A stretch of DNA of 64,000 nucleotides from a virus (Duplodnaviria; Caudoviricetes). The stretch is from the IMG/VR virus record IMGVR_UViG_3300020576_005257, positions 128,001-192,000 of that record; one strand, written 5' to 3'. The notes below the pieces were generated by a model that was not told the origin of the DNA, did no database searches, and saw only the letters and a list, made by a program, of their open reading frames with translations. The position numbers and the translations under genes were made by a program. Shown here piece after piece: positions 59,579 through 64,000 of this stretch (its first letter is position 1; each line of letters opens with the position of its first letter).

Positions 59579-59803
59579 TTACACACTTAAATCTTCGTCG
59601 CCAACTTCCGATTTCTCTTGAACGGGTGGTTTAAGCAACCAAAACAAAGAACCATCAAAAGCGGGCCATACAATCATAGAAATAGCTTTCAAGCCTGGTC
59701 CCCAACTAAAGGGAAGTGGTTGTTCTGAGAAAGCTAAACCCTTAAAGATTAACCCCCCAAATAACAAAAACGCTTTGGGCATAGCCCATTCAACTTTAGA
59801 CAT
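59579..59803 (-). CDS. Small hydrophobic protein
   Basis: 74 aa with hydrophobic stretches; overlaps holin stop. Confidence 0.45.
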   Translation of the reverse strand: MSKVEWAMPKAFLLFGGLIFKGLAFSEQPLPFSWGPGLKAISMIVWPAFDGSLFWLLKPPVQEKSEVGDEDLSV

Positions 59804-60071
59804 GATGGTCTCTATTCTCCTTTTCCAAAAATTCTAGTCTGGATTCAAACTTATCTTGCCTTTGTGCATTCTCTTCCAGGTCCTCTAGTCTGTCAGTTAA
59901 TTTATCTACCGCAGTTTTCAAAGAGTCAATTGAAGCTCTGAATTCTTGCATCAATGTATACATCATCTGTCTATCAGTAGTAGATTGCTTAACAATCCAA
60001 GCAACCAATAGAAAAGTAATTAGTGCCCAGGGTCCTTCTTTTGCGAATGCAGTTAAAAGTTGACTTTCCAT
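59796..60071 (-). CDS. BhlA/UviB-like holin
   Basis: MESQLL..F..EGPWALI.FLL..W single TM then coiled coil, the BhlA architecture. Confidence 0.65.
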   Translation of the reverse strand: MESQLLTAFAKEGPWALITFLLVAWIVKQSTTDRQMMYTLMQEFRASIDSLKTAVDKLTDRLEDLEENAQRQDKFESRLEFLEKENRDHHV

Positions 60072-60077
60072 ATCTTG

Positions 60078-61715
60078 TTATTCCTTATATGCCTCATCAA
60101 TTAATAAGTGCAGATACAGTAAGACAGCTTCGGGATCATGAGCCAGATTTGTCAATCCTTCTATGGTCTCGTCAATGTTCACATCAAAAGCTCTATTGAA
60201 CTCATCTACGAACTCGTCTAATCTGATTTTCCCAAAATTCTCTACAAAGAATGATTCCACTTTCTTTTTAGTTGGCTTTGGAGGTTTTGTTGTTGTATCT
60301 GGTGCCGCTGCTGCCTTTGCTTCAGCTTTCGCCTTTTCAATAGGAATTGTGACACGATTATAATAGAGGTCCTCAAAGTTAACTTTTTCTAGGTAACCCA
60401 TCTCTCTTCTACCTTCTTCAAAGGTAATTGAGTTTTTAGTAATCATATCAGTGAAATGGGCTCTAAGCTTAATAAGTCTAGCTTCATCCATTTCTTTGAA
60501 AATCAATTTAACTTGATCTTCTTCCTTATTGTAAGGATCAAATCCACCTTCCCACAATAACTCATTAAGAAGGAACATTTCCAGATTCGTTGCCAATTCT
60601 TGCTGGCAGAATCTAATCCTGTTCATTAAAAGTTCGATTGCTGCTTCAGCAGTACCAATCGTACCAGGCTCAAATCCCATTAAAAATGGTGAAACACCAA
60701 GACCAGCAAAAGCCCTATAAGCACCATATTTAAGATAGCCCTCTGTTCTAAGTACTTGACTCTCAGAACCTAAAATCTTTAACTCATGTGTACCAGGAGT
60801 AACAATAACTCCCGCTTGACTCATGTTTCTATGGCTAGCTAAAGCATTTCTCATCTCCAGCTCTGAATCACCACCAGGAGTTGATGGTCTTAGGATTCTA
60901 TGCCACAATACAGGAATCGTGTTTTTCTTTAAAGCAATAGCAGTAGTTTGTTCTTGGTTTCTAAGTAAACTAACATCTTCAAGAGCTGCAAAGGTTAAAC
61001 CAAAACCATAATGACAATCAGAAGGTCTTTTATAAGGGGTGTGAATAAGATCCACACCATTCTTAAAAACAGTCTCCTTCCCAGTGTATCTAAGACCCCT
61101 AGAAATTAAGGCTTGATTGGATGGAAGAGGTTCGCCTGAAACAGTAGAAATCTTCTCTTGCGCGTGAGCTTTATTAAACTTCCAGCCATAGTAAACAGAA
61201 TCCTTTACAAATGGCTCAAAGGAGAGTGGGTGTACAATGAAAATACCTGAAATTGCATAGGGCTTTTCTTCGTATAGGGGTCGTTTTACATTAACATCCC
61301 CACCCTTAGTTCCTCTGGTTTTTAGGAAGAATGGGTTACCATGCTTAAAATATTCGTGAACATAACGAGTGATAATTAACTGCCAAGGTTCACCTACTTT
61401 CAAGCTGATAAGATTTAATCTTCTTTTAAGATAATCTACTGCCTCTTTTCTACCACCTAAATCAAAGTCCTTAAATAGCTCAGCATGACGATCAACAGCC
61501 ATTCTGACAAAACCATCTACAACATAGGCCTTACAGCCTCTGGCAATGGTTTTTTGGGCATTTTGACCATTAAAACTAGATGCCTTATCAATTAGATCCC
61601 AACTATTTCCACCAGTTGTTAAGGGGTCCTCAATGAGTTTAATACCTTCTTGTCTAAGAGAAGGTGCTTGGAGGCTATATTCGAATCCTACGTTATTTGT
61701 AAATCTACGCTCCAT
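60078..61715 (-). CDS. Portal protein
   Basis: 545 aa between terminase and protease; HGNPF, YGFGL...LED...LR..E, LGVSP..MG, EGRREMG. Confidence 0.8.
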   Translation of the reverse strand: MERRFTNNVGFEYSLQAPSLRQEGIKLIEDPLTTGGNSWDLIDKASSFNGQNAQKTIARGCKAYVVDGFVRMAVDRHAELFKDFDLGGRKEAVDYLKRRLNLISLKVGEPWQLIITRYVHEYFKHGNPFFLKTRGTKGGDVNVKRPLYEEKPYAISGIFIVHPLSFEPFVKDSVYYGWKFNKAHAQEKISTVSGEPLPSNQALISRGLRYTGKETVFKNGVDLIHTPYKRPSDCHYGFGLTFAALEDVSLLRNQEQTTAIALKKNTIPVLWHRILRPSTPGGDSELEMRNALASHRNMSQAGVIVTPGTHELKILGSESQVLRTEGYLKYGAYRAFAGLGVSPFLMGFEPGTIGTAEAAIELLMNRIRFCQQELATNLEMFLLNELLWEGGFDPYNKEEDQVKLIFKEMDEARLIKLRAHFTDMITKNSITFEEGRREMGYLEKVNFEDLYYNRVTIPIEKAKAEAKAAAAPDTTTKPPKPTKKKVESFFVENFGKIRLDEFVDEFNRAFDVNIDETIEGLTNLAHDPEAVLLYLHLLIDEAYKE

Positions 61716-62241
61716 TCAAAGCCTCATAAATTCTTTTAGCTACTGATTGTTGTGTACAGGGGTCTTCCCAATTAAATACCAGTAACTTAGGTTTCTGTTT
61801 TCCGCTTACAGAAGCTAGTTTAGGTACCATAACCTCTAAAGCAGCAATATCAGATAATTCTAAATCTCTTTCTTGTTTACTAATGCCATACCTCTTAGCA
61901 ACTTCATAAGATGCTGATGCAGGACTACCTATATAAATATAGAGTGCTAATTTTGGACAAAAGAAGTGAAAATGTGGTACTTTGCTACTGGGGAGGGGGA
62001 AATAGTTATAGGTACCACCTTCGATTACATTTAGTGGTTCTAAATCTAAATCTTCTAAACCACGATCTTTTTGTTGACTAATAAATAGATCATTTAGGAA
62101 TGTGTGAATAACATTACCTATAATTTCAGCTTTTTCTTTCTGAATTTTGGAGAGATCATTTTTCTCCAACTTCCATAAAATACTAAGTAACAATTTAATA
62201 AACTTCTGTTTAAGTTTTTCTATCAAAATTTTAGGCTCCAA
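61705..62241 (-). CDS. Hypothetical protein with degenerate Vsr/DUF559-like nuclease fold
   Basis: HFHFFCPKLALYIYIG...KQERD...LLVFNWED resembles xDFyxPxLxLaiExxG...qxxRD...lixixxxd. Confidence 0.45.
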   Translation of the reverse strand: MEPKILIEKLKQKFIKLLLSILWKLEKNDLSKIQKEKAEIIGNVIHTFLNDLFISQQKDRGLEDLDLEPLNVIEGGTYNYFPLPSSKVPHFHFFCPKLALYIYIGSPASASYEVAKRYGISKQERDLELSDIAALEVMVPKLASVSGKQKPKLLVFNWEDPCTQQSVAKRIYEALNGA

Positions 62242-63473
62242 TTCTTTAACATCTGGGCCGCTTGTAAGGCTTTCATACTAGGATCTATGGGAGGGAATTT
62301 CTCAAAATCACTGCTCTTGATTCTTAGTGTATTTTTAACAGTCTCAAATAACACCTGTGGGTCTTTTAAAGATGATAAGTTTCTTTCTAATTGCCCCAAT
62401 ACATCAACAGCCTGAACAAATAATTTAGCATTGACATTCTGTTTAAGGTTATCAAATATTAAAGTTCTAGCTTCTGTGGACTGATAAAATTGTTGGTCAG
62501 TTCTGGAAATTTCTGATTCTATTTTTGTTAAAGACCTAAATAAAGCATTATCTAACATTCTTCTAAACTGGTAAATATGTGGATCAGGGGTCAGGATATT
62601 GTTAGAAGTCTCCATATCCTCAGTCCTATCTAACATTCCTTGGGTAAAGCCAAACAAAACTCCAAGATTTTGACTGTTAGTATTCTTAGCATACGATAAC
62701 ATACTAATTTGACCTATAACAGAATCAAGTGAATTTTCTAGGAGTTTAAACTGGTCAAATAAACTATCGATCTCTGTGGTAATTAAATAATTGGCTTGAT
62801 TGGAAAATTTCCTAATAAAATCAGGGTATTTTGTACTAAAATCACCAATACTATCAAAAAAACCATCCCCCAAAGAGAAGTTCTTAAAAGAATTGATGTC
62901 AGATAAGAAAGTTTGTAAGTGTCGTATAATGTTTTGATCTTTATACAACATTAAAGACAATAATTGAGAAGTAGATACCTGTTCAAAAAACCCAGTGTTC
63001 TGGTTAATAATGGGCAGATAGCTGCTTTGATAAGAGTGTTCGATTACTGCCACCTGTGCTCTTGCACGATAGGCATCTTTAATCAGAATAATTCTAGGAT
63101 CTTTTTGTCTTCTATAAACATCTCTTTCTACAATCTTCTGTATATTGTCTGGTGGGACTGGATTAGATTTATATGGTCCATCAAGAGGGGTAGTAAATTG
63201 GGTTCTTGCTGAGGAAAAGAAGGCATCAAAAACAATATCAGATTGATATTGTTTGGTAATATCATTTAAAAAACGATCATATTCTTCTCTTACAGCTTTG
63301 GCAGTATTAAAGACATCTAGTGCTAGTTGATTAGGAGGGGTTTCTTGTATAGTTCTAACAAAATCAACCTCAGTGCCCGCAATTGGTCCAACTTTATTAG
63401 AAATTTCAGATACAAGCTGATCAACTTTCTTCTCAATTGTTTTTGTATCTATGAATTTACCAAATGCACTCAT
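62223..63473 (-). CDS. Hypothetical helical protein between terminase and portal
   Basis: 416 aa; TAATG-coupled to terminase. Confidence 0.55.
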   Translation of the reverse strand: MSAFGKFIDTKTIEKKVDQLVSEISNKVGPIAGTEVDFVRTIQETPPNQLALDVFNTAKAVREEYDRFLNDITKQYQSDIVFDAFFSSARTQFTTPLDGPYKSNPVPPDNIQKIVERDVYRRQKDPRIILIKDAYRARAQVAVIEHSYQSSYLPIINQNTGFFEQVSTSQLLSLMLYKDQNIIRHLQTFLSDINSFKNFSLGDGFFDSIGDFSTKYPDFIRKFSNQANYLITTEIDSLFDQFKLLENSLDSVIGQISMLSYAKNTNSQNLGVLFGFTQGMLDRTEDMETSNNILTPDPHIYQFRRMLDNALFRSLTKIESEISRTDQQFYQSTEARTLIFDNLKQNVNAKLFVQAVDVLGQLERNLSSLKDPQVLFETVKNTLRIKSSDFEKFPPIDPSMKALQAAQMLKNWSLKF

Positions 63474-64000
63474 TAAAAATTACTCCTGTTGTACCCAAAT
63501 GTATTAGTATCTAGTTCTGATCTATCGAAATAGAAACTGCTACCATCTCTGTCTTCTTTATCTTGAAGCATCAGTGTTTTCATTGTAGATCTGAACATAT
63601 CTTCATCATTAGGAACCTGAATGACCCCCAATCTCTCAAAAGTCTTATTATTTTCAGGGTAAGGGTTTTCGTAATACTGGAAAATGGCCCACATAGTCAT
63701 TAACCAGTTATCTATATAGTGTTCTTCCCCACCAGAATATTTAGTAGTTCTCTTGGTTTCTCCTTTGATTTTGAAGTTAACAAACTGTTTTTTGTAATCT
63801 TCTCTGTGTAAAGGAATCCTAATTAAATCTTTTTGGAACTTGTTTTTAAGCATATCAACAAGATATGGCTTAACCTGAATTGAAATATCCTCTTCAGTTA
63901 TGGGATCAGGGACTTTAATTGATTTATTAAACGGCAGTTGTAAAAGTTTTGAATGAAGTTGTAGATCAGTTCTTCGATTAGCCACAGTAATTAGATCTTC
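63473..64000 (-). CDS. terL: Terminase large subunit, C-terminal nuclease region (5'-truncated)
   Basis: Frame open to the right edge (EDLITVANRR...); K.YLVD....QF.N......KYS..EEHYID is a TerL C-terminal pattern; upstream of portal. Confidence 0.7.
   Translation of the reverse strand, partial: EDLITVANRRTDLQLHSKLLQLPFNKSIKVPDPITEEDISIQVKPYLVDMLKNKFQKDLIRIPLHREDYKKQFVNFKIKGETKRTTKYSGGEEHYIDNWLMTMWAIFQYYENPYPENNKTFERLGVIQVPNDEDMFRSTMKTLMLQDKEDRDGSSFYFDRSELDTNTFGYNRSNF

Noticed and set aside
1-64000. Stop-codon reassignment as in some large phages
   Set aside because: Genes up to 8 kb are open in the standard code, coding density is near complete, and TAA, TAG and TGA all terminate genes.
1-64000. 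Bacterial eCIS/tailocin locus (two sheaths, multiple tubes)
   Set aside because: Terminase, portal, protease, scaffold and major capsid genes are present, so this is a phage.
1-64000. CRISPR arrays, tRNA, rRNA, DGR repeats
   Set aside because: No intergenic gap longer than about 85 nt, no repeat-spacer pattern, no reverse transcriptase or cloverleaf noticed.

Overview
A contiguous late (morphogenesis) region of a large contractile-tailed (myovirus-type, probably jumbo) phage. All ~46 credible genes lie on the minus strand, are tightly packed (many TAATG stop/start overlaps) and read in the standard code. In transcription order (right to left): terminase large subunit (partial), portal, BhlA-like holin, prohead protease, scaffold, decoration protein, major capsid, neck proteins, two tail-sheath paralogs, three tail-tube paralogs, tail-assembly chaperones, three giant virion proteins (2076, 1568, 2683 aa), two peptidoglycan hydrolases, baseplate (gp25-like, J-like, wedge paralogs) and tail fibres. 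Non-structural genes interrupt the module: a GIY-YIG endonuclease, a metallophosphoesterase, a SEC-C-tailed glycosyltransferase, RuvC and a divergent GroEL. Most striking observations: (1) the two unrelated cell-wall hydrolases (GH73 and M15) share a 35-aa, 57%-identical N-terminal peptide and sit just after a hub protein whose own lytic transglycosylase domain appears dead, suggesting a modular docking-tag system for loading enzymes onto the virion; (2) a tube paralog carries a Hint domain ending HN-K (self-cleaving BIL-like rather than a splicing intein); (3) several apparently degenerate enzyme domains (SLT, DEDDh, SNase, PD-(D/E)XK, Vsr-like) occur in virion proteins; (4) GroEL has lost the inter-ring contact residues and gained an AT-hook-like insert; (5) a CTCTATTT motif recurs just upstream of structural genes, a candidate late promoter. 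All family calls are from motif recognition by eye; no database searches were run and the host is not determined.
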